Assembly: GCA_021782715.1 (NCBI GenBank)
Contig: JAJXUR010000001.1
Coordinates: 1 to 32,741 of the forward strand
Length of the DNA stretch: 32,741 bases
Direction: 5' to 3'
Source of the DNA: a bacterium
GTDB taxonomy: Bacteria; Patescibacteriota; Minisyncoccia; Phycocordibacterales; Phycocordibacteraceae
Shown: in pieces, positions 6,126-15,024 of the stretch
Numbering within the stretch: position 1 is the stretch's first letter
Layout: each line of letters opens with the position of its first letter
Translations under genes and position numbers: made by a program
Notes under the pieces: generated by a model
Told to the model about the DNA's origin: nothing
Seen by the model: the letters and a program-made list of their open reading frames with translations, nothing else
The model's database searches: none

Positions 6126-6142
6126 AGAGATAAAGTTGGAGT

Positions 6143-7264
6143 ATGGATCACGAACAAACTATAGATTCGACCCTGATCACAAAGGACGAGCTGAAGGGGA
6201 AATTAATTGAGTTTTTCCAGATTGCAAAAGCATCTGGAGATTTGAGTGCTGGTATTCGAAGGTATCTAGAGTTTGTGAAAGACAACTATCACAGCCTCGA
6301 TGCGGAGGCGAAACTCGTGGGAGACAAGGCATTTGATGCTATAGGAGAAGCGACTGCGGAGGCTCTAAATAAAATGCCCGATAGTGTCGAGAAAAGACGT
6401 CTTGCTAGACTGCACGCAAAATCTCAAGGTCGACATTGGGACATAAAGGAGCTGTCAAAATCTCTCGAGGCGGGAACGCATCTCAAAGAGAAAATCTTGC
6501 AGGAGACCGATGATTTCTTCTTTGAGCATGTCCAACTGATTGCAGATTTTATACATGATGTAATCAGCGGTTCGGTTCACGGTCCAGATCTGGCGCTCCT
6601 GAGTCTGTATTGCTCAGCTCTTGATGAGTTGATTGTTTCCAGGCATTTGACTCAGCACGGCTATACACCGCAAGCCTTAGCACATCAGCGCACAGTTCAC
6701 GAAATCTTAGATCAAATAGAACTTTTTAGCAAAAAGCCGGAATACTTGGATTTGTGGGCGAGCGAGACCTCAGAGGACAGAAAGAAGGCACGTTGGGGAT
6801 TACGCCCGAAAGGGGTTCGTGAAAAACTCGGTAGGGAGGGTTATGACCCAATCTTCAGCTTCTTATCTGAAATGGGTTCACACTCCACAATGAAATACAT
6901 TCAGTCGAAAGTTTTTATGCAAAGACCGCATAAGGATGGCGACGTCAAAGGCGAAGCAAAGATTTTCGTCGGCGGAAGTCCGCGAACCGATACGCTCATG
7001 GTTGCCAGTACAGGGTTAGTACAATCAGTCATGGGCACCCTCACCTCCTTCAGTGTCACCTATCAAGATTTTCTCTTGGCTGAAGAAGGGATTCAGGTAT
7101 TGCAAAGCGCATTTGAAAAATATAAAGGATATATGCTCAGGAACTTTGTCGATTGGATGAGGGCGGAAGGGGCGAATGTGTCTTCTCTGGAGACTTACAT
7201 TAAAAGCCTGGACCAGGAGACATTAATGCGAATGTCAGAGGAAAAGTCTTCCGGATCTATTTAG
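6143..7264 (+). CDS. Hypothetical protein, 373 aa, with a vague resemblance to DUF5677-type helical proteins
   Basis: Long ORF with a GGAG 8 nt upstream. The family guess comes from memory only. Confidence 0.7.
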   Translation: MDHEQTIDSTLITKDELKGKLIEFFQIAKASGDLSAGIRRYLEFVKDNYHSLDAEAKLVGDKAFDAIGEATAEALNKMPDSVEKRRLARLHAKSQGRHWDIKELSKSLEAGTHLKEKILQETDDFFFEHVQLIADFIHDVISGSVHGPDLALLSLYCSALDELIVSRHLTQHGYTPQALAHQRTVHEILDQIELFSKKPEYLDLWASETSEDRKKARWGLRPKGVREKLGREGYDPIFSFLSEMGSHSTMKYIQSKVFMQRPHKDGDVKGEAKIFVGGSPRTDTLMVASTGLVQSVMGTLTSFSVTYQDFLLAEEGIQVLQSAFEKYKGYMLRNFVDWMRAEGANVSSLETYIKSLDQETLMRMSEEKSSGSI

Positions 7265-7413
7265 TCTGCAGCAAGTGATACGTTTTTTCCTTTAAGAACA
7301 AGTTTCCCGCGCAACTGCTCGAGCAGTTGTCGCTTCTCCTCGATCGTGCCTGCTTCAAGTAGATACTTCGCGTAGCGCTTGATATCCACGCCCTTCGGCG
7401 AGACTATTTTCGT
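7261..7413 (-). pseudogene. C-terminal gene remnant of about 50 codons with no start codon
   Basis: The minus frame reads TKIVSPKGVDIKRYAKYLLEAGTIEEKRQLLEQLRGKLVLKGKNVSLAAD*. It is bounded upstream by TGA. Its stop overlaps the stop of the 6143 gene. Confidence 0.35.
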
Positions 7414-7500
7414 TCACGAGATTTTCTTGAAGTCCAGACTCCAGTTTTGTGCAAACAATATAACGGAGGCAGATCATATGTCGTAACGACCGAGTATTTT

Positions 7501-7704
7501 GGTGGAACGTTAGGCTTCAACAGTGGGACTATGGAAGAAAGAATGCAGGCACTCGTCGGTTCGGGGTTTGAGCGCATATTTCAGATAGGTAGCGTGTTCA
7601 GAAGCTCAGAGGAGCTGACTTTCGTAGAGGGGTACGCGGCGCATATGGATTGGGAAACAGGCCAATCTATGATTCGGAATATGTGTCGCTACGTAGCAAA
7701 AAAA
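7501..7704 (+). pseudogene. Fragment of a class II aminoacyl-tRNA synthetase (Lys/Asn/Asp-type, motif 2 region)
   Basis: GFERIFQIGSVFRSSEE..TFVEGYAAHMDW resembles GFERVFEIGRNFRNEG...EFTMLEFYQAY. The fragment is truncated on both sides and lacks the catalytic loop. Confidence 0.45.
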
Positions 7705-8135
7705 ATGGTTGAAGACGAATATTCTTCCGTGCACGGCGTGCATGCGTTCTGTTTTGTGGGTGATCAACTTGTCATCGTGTATTCTGACAAGAAAGGGTAT
7801 TGGACGCCGCCAGGTGGCGGGGTAGAGCCGGGCGAGACAGTTGAGGAAGCGATTGTGCGCGAAGTGTTCGAAGAAACAAATATGCGCGTGCTCAAGCAAC
7901 GTGTCATCGGCTACCAAGAAGTCTCTGAACCGCATCGGCTCACCGTGCAGGTACGCGCGGTCTGTATCGTCGAGCGCCAATCGGACCCTTTGTCGCAGAT
8001 GCCGACTCCAGCGATGGCGAAGGCGTCACCGAGATAAGACTTATCGATCCGAAGGATATAAAACAGTACTTTGATTGGGGCGAAGTCGGTGAGCATGTGC
8101 TTGTTCGCGCACTGGAATTAAAAAGTCTACTCTGA
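7705..8135 (+). pseudogene. NUDIX hydrolase with a frameshift near 7975-7990, or an assembly indel
   Basis: The Nudix box is GGGVEPGETVEEAIVREVFEETN. After ..AVCIVER the protein-like sequence continues in another frame as GPFVADADSSDGEGVTEIRLIDPKDIKQYFDWGEVGEHVLVRALELKSLL*, with its stop at 8133-8135. Confidence 0.6.
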
Positions 8136-8160
8136 TTCTTCATTGCTTAATGAGAGGTAA

Positions 8161-8199
8161 AATGAACCACGGCCGGCTTTTAGCCGGCCGTGGTTCATT
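8161..8199. terminator. Perfect 17-bp hairpin AATGAACCACGGCCGGC-loop-GCCGGCCGTGGTTCATT
   Basis: Read directly. The track start at 8190 lies inside it. Confidence 0.75.
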
Positions 8200-8219
8200 G
8201 TTGGTGTACTATACGAAAT

Positions 8220-8858
8220 ATGAACAAATCAGAGGTGAGCCTCTCTTTTATTTACAGCAAAGAAAGGGAAGTGGCGCGAGTTTTGGAAACCATTCAGTGG
8301 CTGCCGTGGTATCGCGATCATAAGTATCCAGATAATTTTGCAAAGCTGCCGCAAGAAATAACGGAGATGAGTTCTGTGGAAGAGATAGAGAAGGCTGTTT
8401 CCATCGAATATATGGAACAAGATTTTCGTGATATCGAAGAATATGTTCTAAGTCAGTGGGGAGGTTTCCAGGATGGATTCGAAAAGATGCGAGCGATAAA
8501 AGACCTTCGGTTAAGTGATTCTTATGAAGTTAGTTTAACGAGATATGGAAGTGGCGGGAGTTACAATGCCGCTAGAAATTCGCTCATCGTTAATATAAGA
8601 AATTCCTCTCAAAGAGAGCGGATTGCCGGGACGATAGTTCATGAAATCGTCCATATGACCATTCAGTATCTTATTGATGCTCATTCTGTTTCTCATTGGA
8701 GAAAGGAAGCGTTAGTCGACCATTTGTTTGCGTATTTCTTCCCGACGCTACATATGAGACAGTCGATTCCCGAGGACGTGACCATTGTCGATGATTCATT
8801 TAAGACTATGTTTCCTGATCTTGAGGAAATAGTTAAGACAATCAGCAATGCCCCATAA
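8220..8858 (+). CDS. Hypothetical protein with an HExxH (HEIVH) zinc-metalloprotease-like motif
   Basis: ORF from ATG 8220 with a TIVHEIVHMT motif. No family was recognised. Confidence 0.65.
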   Translation: MNKSEVSLSFIYSKEREVARVLETIQWLPWYRDHKYPDNFAKLPQEITEMSSVEEIEKAVSIEYMEQDFRDIEEYVLSQWGGFQDGFEKMRAIKDLRLSDSYEVSLTRYGSGGSYNAARNSLIVNIRNSSQRERIAGTIVHEIVHMTIQYLIDAHSVSHWRKEALVDHLFAYFFPTLHMRQSIPEDVTIVDDSFKTMFPDLEEIVKTISNAP

Positions 8859-8882
8859 AAATATTATTGCCTAATCTACAGG

Positions 8883-8916
8883 TATGGGTACGGGTACGGT
8901 ACCGGCCTGGGCAACA
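8883..8916 (+). repeat. Left 34-nt direct repeat flanking the copper operon
   Basis: TATGGGTACGGGTACGGTACCGGCCTGGGCAACA matches 13000-13033 at 30/34 positions. It is followed by CAGTCCGATTCCGAT..ATTGAATG, which is homologous to the M3 tail at 4046-4072. Confidence 0.7.
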
Positions 8917-8970
8917 ACATACTATCCAGTCCGATTCCGATATTGAATGTTCACTCAACAGTACTTGCTC

Positions 8971-8989
8971 TATACCCCTGGGGGGTATA
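8971..8989 (+). promoter_or_regulatory. Candidate CsoR operator, palindrome TATACCCC-TG-GGGGGTATA
   Basis: A GC-core inverted repeat of the TACCC..GGGTA type lies 11 nt upstream of the csoR ATG. Confidence 0.6.
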
Positions 8990-8999
8990 TGCTGCAGGG

Positions 9000-9275
9000 A
9001 TGAAGTACTTGCACGACGAAGGGAAGCAGAAGGTCATACGACGACTCAAGATCATCGAGGGCCAGATCCGAGGCCTGCAAGAGATGGTTGGGCAGGACAC
9101 CTACTGCATCGACATCATCACCCAGAGCTCCGCCGTGAAGCAGGCGCTTTCCGGTGTTGAGGACACGCTCATGGAAAATCACTTGAACCATTGCGTGCAC
9201 AAACAGATGACATCGGGCCAGACAGGGAAGGCAGTAGAAGAGGTCCTGAAGGTCTACAAACTTAAGAGAAAATAA
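9000..9275 (+). CDS. csoR: CsoR/RcnR family metal-sensing repressor
   Basis: The protein is 91 aa. [27 protein letters not shown] and the H..C ligand pattern are typical of the DUF156/CsoR family. Confidence 0.8.
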   Translation: MKYLHDEGKQKVIRRLKIIEGQIRGLQEMVGQDTYCIDIITQSSAVKQALSGVEDTLMENHLNHCVHKQMTSGQTGKAVEEVLKVYKLKRK

Positions 9276-9276
9276 T

Positions 9277-11574
9277 ATGGAGTCACGCACCTACCGAGTC
9301 CAAGGAATGCATTGCGCCTCCTGCGCACACATCATCGAGAAAACGCTCAAGAAAGTCGAGGGCGTCCATTCCGTAGAAGTGAACTACGCTACAGAAGCGG
9401 CGAAAGTCTCCCATGATTCTGCAGTCACGAGTGCACAGGACCTTTCGAAGAAGATAGAGCCGCTCGGGTACTCGCTCGTCACCAATGCGCCATCAGCACA
9501 CGACATGGGAATGTCCGAAAGCGAACATGCAGCGCATCTCGGCCTTAATCAATCAAAAGCCGAGAAACTCGCAGAGCTTGCCACTATGAAGACCAAGGTA
9601 GTCACCGTTATGCCTATGGCAGCAGTTGCGATTGTCATTATGGCGTGGAATATCCTTGCAGAGTTTGACGCCGTCGCGCCACTTTCTCGATCCCTAAATG
9701 ACTCTCTCAATATATTACTCGCGCTTATGGCAACCTACGCGCTTTTTGTCGTCGGGAAGCCGTACCTCATGGGGTTCTACCGGTTTCTGCGTTACGGTGT
9801 CGCAAACATGGACACGCTCATCGGCATCGGTACGTCAGCGGCATTTCTCTATAGTATTATCATCACGGTCTTTCGTGAGGCGGTACGCCCTTACGTAAAC
9901 GTCAGTGTCACGTATTTCGATGTGGCTATTGTTGTGATTGCGTTTATTACGTTCGGGAAGTACCTTGAGGCGCGCGCGAAGATAAAGACAGGCGACGCCA
10001 TAGAGAAACTCCTCATGCTCCAAGCAAAAACAGCACTTGTCATTCGAGACGGTATTGAGGTGGAGATACCTGTCGAGCAGGTTGTGCATGGCGACCTCAT
10101 CATCGTAAAGCCAGCTGGAAAGATCCCTGTCGATGGTGTCCTCACTGGAGGATCGTCTTATGTGGACGAGTCGATGGTGTCGGGAGAGCCGGTGCCAGTC
10201 GAGAAACGTGTGGGTGATACGGTGGTCGCAGGGACATTGAACACCACCGGTTCGTTTACTTTCAGGGCAACGAAGGTCGGCTCGGAGACACTTCTGGCGC
10301 ACATCATACATATGGTGGAAGAGGCGCAAGGAAGTAAGGCGCCAATCCAAGCTTTGGCTGATAAAATTTCCGGCGTCTTTGTCCCTGCGGTACTTGCTAT
10401 AGCATTTCTTTCGCTCGGTGCATGGCTTTTCTTCGGTATTCCGTCGCTCGGGTTTGCACAGGCGTTGTCATTCGGTCTCGTGTCATTCGTTGGCGTCCTC
10501 GTGATTGCTTGTCCGTGCGCGCTTGGGCTTGCCACGCCGACAGCGATTATCGTGGGTGTTGGCAAGGGGGCAAAAGAAGGAATTCTCATCAAGGACGCTG
10601 CGACTCTAGAGAAGCTTCACCAGGTAGACGTGGTTGTCGTTGATAAAACAGGAACCATTACGAAAGGTAAGCCAGAACTTGTCTCGATACAAAACCAAAG
10701 TGACAAAAGCGAAGAAGAGCTCGTTGCCATCCTTGCCTCTCTTGAAAGTAAGTCAGAGCATCCGATTGCAAGCGCGATTGTCTCGTATGCAAAGACAGGT
10801 TCTGTCGCCCTTCGGCAAGTCGAGAACTTTAGCGTGCTCAAAGGAAGAGGGGTACGTGGCAATATCGATGGTGTGGAATATTACGCGGGTAATCCGCGTC
10901 TTATCCTCGAATTGTCGCTTGCGCTCGATATGAGTGCGATAGAACGCGAAACCCATGAAGGAAAAACTCCGGTAATTCTTACCACTACTACAAAAGTACT
11001 CGGCATCGTGCTGGTGGCTGATGCGATAAAGCCAGAAGCGGAAGAGGCGGTTACGAGTCTCCATAAGCTCGGTATACGCGTCGTGATGCTCACCGGCGAT
11101 AATGCGCAAACTGCCGACTTCATTGCAAAGCAGGTAGGTATAGACGAAATCGTCGCCGAAGTTATGCCCGAGGACAAGCTGAACAAGATTAAAGAACTGC
11201 AGGCGCAGGGTTGTGTGGTCGCCATGGCGGGAGACGGCATCAACGATGCGCCAGCGCTCGCACAAGCGGACGTGGGCATCGCGATGGCGACGGGAACCGA
11301 TGTTGCCATAGAGAGCGCCGGCATGACGCTTCTTCATGGTGATATCTCGAAGATCGTCAAAGCGATACGCCTCTCGAAGTTAACGATGCATGGTATCAAG
11401 CAGAATCTCTTTTTTGCCTTCGCGTACAATATCATCGGCATTCCGCTTGCAAGCGGACTCTTCTATCCGGTGTTCGGGTGGCTTTTGTCGCCAGTGTTTG
11501 CTGGATTTGCGATGGCCATGTCGAGCGTATCGGTTGTCGGGAATTCGCTACGTCTTAAAACTAAACAACTATGA
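9277..11574 (+). CDS. copA: Cu(I)-translocating P1B-type ATPase
   Basis: It has an N-terminal HMA domain (GMHCASC), the TM motif [10 protein letters not shown], and the DKTGTIT, SEHP and GDGINDAP motifs. Confidence 0.95.
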   Translation: MESRTYRVQGMHCASCAHIIEKTLKKVEGVHSVEVNYATEAAKVSHDSAVTSAQDLSKKIEPLGYSLVTNAPSAHDMGMSESEHAAHLGLNQSKAEKLAELATMKTKVVTVMPMAAVAIVIMAWNILAEFDAVAPLSRSLNDSLNILLALMATYALFVVGKPYLMGFYRFLRYGVANMDTLIGIGTSAAFLYSIIITVFREAVRPYVNVSVTYFDVAIVVIAFITFGKYLEARAKIKTGDAIEKLLMLQAKTALVIRDGIEVEIPVEQVVHGDLIIVKPAGKIPVDGVLTGGSSYVDESMVSGEPVPVEKRVGDTVVAGTLNTTGSFTFRATKVGSETLLAHIIHMVEEAQGSKAPIQALADKISGVFVPAVLAIAFLSLGAWLFFGIPSLGFAQALSFGLVSFVGVLVIACPCALGLATPTAIIVGVGKGAKEGILIKDAATLEKLHQVDVVVVDKTGTITKGKPELVSIQNQSDKSEEELVAILASLESKSEHPIASAIVSYAKTGSVALRQVENFSVLKGRGVRGNIDGVEYYAGNPRLILELSLALDMSAIERETHEGKTPVILTTTTKVLGIVLVADAIKPEAEEAVTSLHKLGIRVVMLTGDNAQTADFIAKQVGIDEIVAEVMPEDKLNKIKELQAQGCVVAMAGDGINDAPALAQADVGIAMATGTDVAIESAGMTLLHGDISKIVKAIRLSKLTMHGIKQNLFFAFAYNIIGIPLASGLFYPVFGWLLSPVFAGFAMAMSSVSVVGNSLRLKTKQL

Positions 11575-12593
11575 ACACCACCACACACGTATTTCACGTT
11601 AAGGGAATGCACTGCAAAGCGTGCACCGTCCTCATTGAGGAAATGTTTAACGAACTTCCAAATGTAGAGAGCGCGCACGTGTCACTTTCAGGACAGCAGG
11701 TGACGGTAGCGGGGGAGTTTACCAATACGCCGGAGAAAATAGCCGACGAACTCACGAAACTCGTACAGAGCCATGGGTACAGTATCGCGGTTGAGAAAAG
11801 CGCCCATAACGCAGGGTGGGGAGACTTCGTCTATGCGCTTCCTGTGGCGCTCGTTCTCATTGCTGGATTCATTCTGCTACAAAAGGCAGGACTGACTTCG
11901 CTTATTACTAGCTCGAAGGTGAGCTACGGCACAGCGTTCCTCATAGGGCTTATAGCGTCAGTTTCCTCGTGTCTCGCCATAGTCGGAGGTTTGGTGCTGT
12001 CTCTCTCGGCTAGTTCGGCGAAAGAGGGCGGGACCTGGCGCACGCCAGTACTCTTTCATGTGGGGCGCCTCGGGGGATTCTTTATTCTGGGTGGATTGGT
12101 TGGCGTAATTGGAAACTCGCTTCACCTCGGGCTCATGGCTAACGTGATATTGAGTAGTATCGTTGCACTCGTCATGCTTATTCTCGGCATTAACCTGCTC
12201 GACGTCTCCCATTTCACTCAAAGACTGCAAGTCACGCTCCCTACGCGCTTCTCGAAGCACATTGTCGCGGGGAGCAAGAAGGATCACTACCTCGCGCCGC
12301 TTTTAATCGGTGTCGGCACGTTCTTTCTGCCGTGCGGATTCACGCAGTCGATGCAGCTTTATGCACTTTCAACCGGTAGTTTCTCGCAAGGAGCCCTAAC
12401 GATGCTCGTCTTTGCACTCGGCACTTTCCCGGTGCTTGCGTTCCTTTCCTTCGGATCGCTCAATATTGTGCACAAACCATGGAAAGGGATTTTCTTCAAG
12501 ACGGCTGGCATAATTGTCATAGCGCTTGCAGTTCTGAACCTCAGTAGTGCGCTTGCTACGGCTGGAATTATTAACCCACTTTTCAACTTCTAG
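11571..12593 (+). CDS. HMA-domain membrane protein (DsbD_2 / TauE-SafE-like permease fold)
   Basis: It has an N-terminal GMHCKAC metal-binding domain and about 6 TM segments with SSC and FLPCG motifs. Its start overlaps the copA stop in an ATGA. Confidence 0.7.
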   Translation: MNTTTHVFHVKGMHCKACTVLIEEMFNELPNVESAHVSLSGQQVTVAGEFTNTPEKIADELTKLVQSHGYSIAVEKSAHNAGWGDFVYALPVALVLIAGFILLQKAGLTSLITSSKVSYGTAFLIGLIASVSSCLAIVGGLVLSLSASSAKEGGTWRTPVLFHVGRLGGFFILGGLVGVIGNSLHLGLMANVILSSIVALVMLILGINLLDVSHFTQRLQVTLPTRFSKHIVAGSKKDHYLAPLLIGVGTFFLPCGFTQSMQLYALSTGSFSQGALTMLVFALGTFPVLAFLSFGSLNIVHKPWKGIFFKTAGIIVIALAVLNLSSALATAGIINPLFNF

Positions 12594-12594
12594 T

Positions 12595-12990
12595 ATGAAC
12601 GTACGAATAATCATTGCTCTTGCTGCCAGTGCGGTACTTATCGGATGGGCGTTCTGGTTCGTTTCAGCAAAACCTCAAGAGAATGGCGCGGGCGTGACGG
12701 CGCCGACGGCTACCATAGTTGATGGTAAACAGTTCGTTGATATCACCGCGAAGGGCGGTTACTCTCCGCGAGTGGTGGTAGCAAAAGCCGGAATACCAAC
12801 GATCTTGCGCGTTACCACGAACGGCACCTTCGACTGCTCGGCTAGCGTGGTAATCCCGAAGCTCTCATACCAGAAATTCCTGCAGCCGTCTGGCACGGAA
12901 GACATTGCTATCTCTGCTGAACAAGCCCAAGGAACCCTGCAGGGGCTGTGCGCGATGGGGATGTATAACTTCCAAATCAAATTCGAATGA
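12595..12990 (+). CDS. Membrane-anchored cupredoxin-like protein
   Basis: It has an N-terminal TM segment, a beta-rich C-terminus and a C..CAMGM motif. This type of protein commonly neighbours copper operons. ATG 12595 immediately follows the upstream stop. Confidence 0.55.
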   Translation: MNVRIIIALAASAVLIGWAFWFVSAKPQENGAGVTAPTATIVDGKQFVDITAKGGYSPRVVVAKAGIPTILRVTTNGTFDCSASVVIPKLSYQKFLQPSGTEDIAISAEQAQGTLQGLCAMGMYNFQIKFE

Positions 12991-12999
12991 GTCTTGGAA

Positions 13000-13033
13000 T
13001 ATGGGTACGGGTACCGTACCGCCCCGAGCAACA
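13000..13033 (+). repeat. Right 34-nt direct repeat. It is also the most distal decayed copy of the tRNA 3' end.
   Basis: CCGCCCCGAGCAACACG compares with the tRNA sequence CCGGCCCCCGCAACACG. It sits at the GC-content jump. Confidence 0.7.
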
Positions 13034-13034
13034 C

Positions 13035-13074
13035 GCAAAGCGAAGCCCGGCGCAAGCCGGGTCTTCGCATTTGC
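13035..13074 (+). terminator. Long imperfect hairpin GCAAAGCGAAGCCCGGC-GCAA-GCCGGGTCTTCGCATTTGC
   Basis: Read directly. It has one bulge and no strong T tract. Confidence 0.6.
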
Positions 13075-13126
13075 GCAGCGGTCGGGCGCGTGATATAGTT
13101 CGAATATCTAAGTAATATATACTCGC

Positions 13127-14398
13127 ATGCGTGAACAATCCACGACGGTTCTGACCTATCTCACGAAGCCTGTTGTCGTCATCGGCGGCGCGCTTATCAT
13201 CGCTGCCGTTGCCATCGGCTTTGCTCTTGCCGCGAGCCCTGTCGCGCCGACCGGGCAATACACGGCGGCCGTCATGGCTCCGATCACGGCGCAGGGCGGC
13301 GCGAGCTCGGAGCTCTCCTTCCAGGTGCCGGGGCAGATTGTCTCTACTCCCGTCGCTATCGGACAGAGGGTAAATGACGGGGAGACGCTCGTCGTGCTCG
13401 ATCAATCATCGCTTCTCGCTACGCGCGCCGGAGCTGTAGCGAATCTCGAAGCGGCACAAGCGCGCCTCGCGGCGCTCAAGGCCGGCACGCGCCCCGAGCA
13501 GCTTGCGATAGATCAGACCGCTGTCACGCAGGCAGCGAATACACTCACGAATGCTCTCGCCGCAGCCTATACGAATGCCGATGATGCGGTGCATGCGAAA
13601 GCCGATCAGCTCTTCACCAATCCGCGCAATGCCTCGGCGCAGCTCACACTCCTCGTGGCGGACGCGATGTTGGTGAATCGCATTCAGGCCGAGCGCGTCA
13701 CGCTTGAGCCGGTGCTCGCGTCCTGGAACGCTACTCTTGCAGCAGCATCAGACGATCCCGAGAGTGCCGTGGCTTCTTCCGAAGCGAATGTGAAGACGGT
13801 TACCGCATTTCTCGATGACCTCACTACGGCCCTTGCCGAGTCATCGCCGAGCGGCGCTATCTCTGCGGCGACTATCGTCGGCTATCAGACGAGTGTGAAC
13901 GCCGGACGCTTGAATATGATTGCTGCGCTCTCCAGCATCGTCACGGCCGACACGGCGTACAAGGCGGCGACTGGCGCACTCACGCTCGCACAGGCGGGGG
14001 CGACGCAGAACGATATCGATGCGCAGCAGGCGGTCGTCGATGCCGCAGCAGCAGCGCTGCGCGGCGTCGACGTGGCGCTACGCGAATCAGTGCTCACGGC
14101 ACCTTTTGCCGGTACTATCACGGTGATGAACGCGCGTCTCGGGCAGACGGTCGTCCCGGGGCAGACCCTCGTCTCAATCGAATCGTCAGGCGGGAGCAAG
14201 GCGAGCGCGCTCGTCGTCCCCTCAAGCAGCGTCATCACCGATGGCAATCAGGCCTTCGTGTTTGTGAAGGACGGATCCGCGGCACCAGCGAAGACGTCGG
14301 TCACGACCGGCCTCGTGAGCGCCACCGGCATGACGGAAATCGTCTCGGGGCTCAGTGCGGGGCAGGAAGTGCTCACGTTCGGTACTGATAACAAATGA
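13127..14398 (+). CDS. Efflux periplasmic adaptor / HlyD-type membrane fusion protein
   Basis: It has an N-terminal TM segment, an Ala-rich coiled-coil middle region, and a C-terminal beta-barrel motif VLTAPFAGTI... Confidence 0.75.
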   Translation: MREQSTTVLTYLTKPVVVIGGALIIAAVAIGFALAASPVAPTGQYTAAVMAPITAQGGASSELSFQVPGQIVSTPVAIGQRVNDGETLVVLDQSSLLATRAGAVANLEAAQARLAALKAGTRPEQLAIDQTAVTQAANTLTNALAAAYTNADDAVHAKADQLFTNPRNASAQLTLLVADAMLVNRIQAERVTLEPVLASWNATLAAASDDPESAVASSEANVKTVTAFLDDLTTALAESSPSGAISAATIVGYQTSVNAGRLNMIAALSSIVTADTAYKAATGALTLAQAGATQNDIDAQQAVVDAAAAALRGVDVALRESVLTAPFAGTITVMNARLGQTVVPGQTLVSIESSGGSKASALVVPSSSVITDGNQAFVFVKDGSAAPAKTSVTTGLVSATGMTEIVSGLSAGQEVLTFGTDNK

Positions 14399-15018
14399 AT
14401 ATGACCTCATCCCGGAAAAGACTTTTCTCTATCGGCGGTATCGCGCTCCTTATCATCATCGTCGGCGCGGCGACGGCGTATCTCATCATCACGAGCGGCC
14501 GCGTGTCTATCGACACGGCAGGCATAGAGGCGCCGCTCATCAGTCTCACACCCGCCGCGCCCGGCCGCCTCGATGCGCTCTATGTGCAGGCGGGCGATAC
14601 GGTCGCTGCGAATCAGCCGGTGGCGTCAGTGGGCAGTCAGACTATCACGAGCAAAGTGGCAGGCCTCGTCGTCTCAGTCGATGATACGGTCGGCGCTCAG
14701 GTGAGTGCTGCGACACCGGTCGTCACGATGATCGACCCGTCGCAGCTGCGCGTCGTCGGCCGCATCGACGAGAACAAGGGTCTCGCGCAAGTGCATGTCG
14801 GCGACCCGATCACCTTCACGGTCGATGCGTTCGGCGGGAAGATCTTCTCTGGTATCGTCGACGAAATCGCTCCGACCTCGAATCAATCCGGTATTGTTTT
14901 CAATATCTCCGACCAGCGCCAGGTGCAGCAGTTCGACGTGAAAGCTCGCTTCGATACGAGCGCATACGCGCAGCTGCGTAACGGCATGTCGGCACGCATG
15001 ACGATCTACACGCGCTAA
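14395..15018 (+). CDS. Short HlyD-family secretion/adaptor protein
   Basis: It has an N-terminal TM segment and lipoyl/beta-barrel-like segments. Its start overlaps the upstream stop. Confidence 0.65.
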   Translation: MNMTSSRKRLFSIGGIALLIIIVGAATAYLIITSGRVSIDTAGIEAPLISLTPAAPGRLDALYVQAGDTVAANQPVASVGSQTITSKVAGLVVSVDDTVGAQVSAATPVVTMIDPSQLRVVGRIDENKGLAQVHVGDPITFTVDAFGGKIFSGIVDEIAPTSNQSGIVFNISDQRQVQQFDVKARFDTSAYAQLRNGMSARMTIYTR

Positions 15019-15024
15019 GACGCC

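Noticed and set aside
2100-6142. Integron gene-cassette array, reading the modules as attC sites
   Set aside because: The modules are 140-450 nt long and carry their own promoters and terminators. I could not find the RYYYAAC/GTTRRRY core pair. No intI-like gene is present. The analogy is kept only as a loose comparison in the findings.
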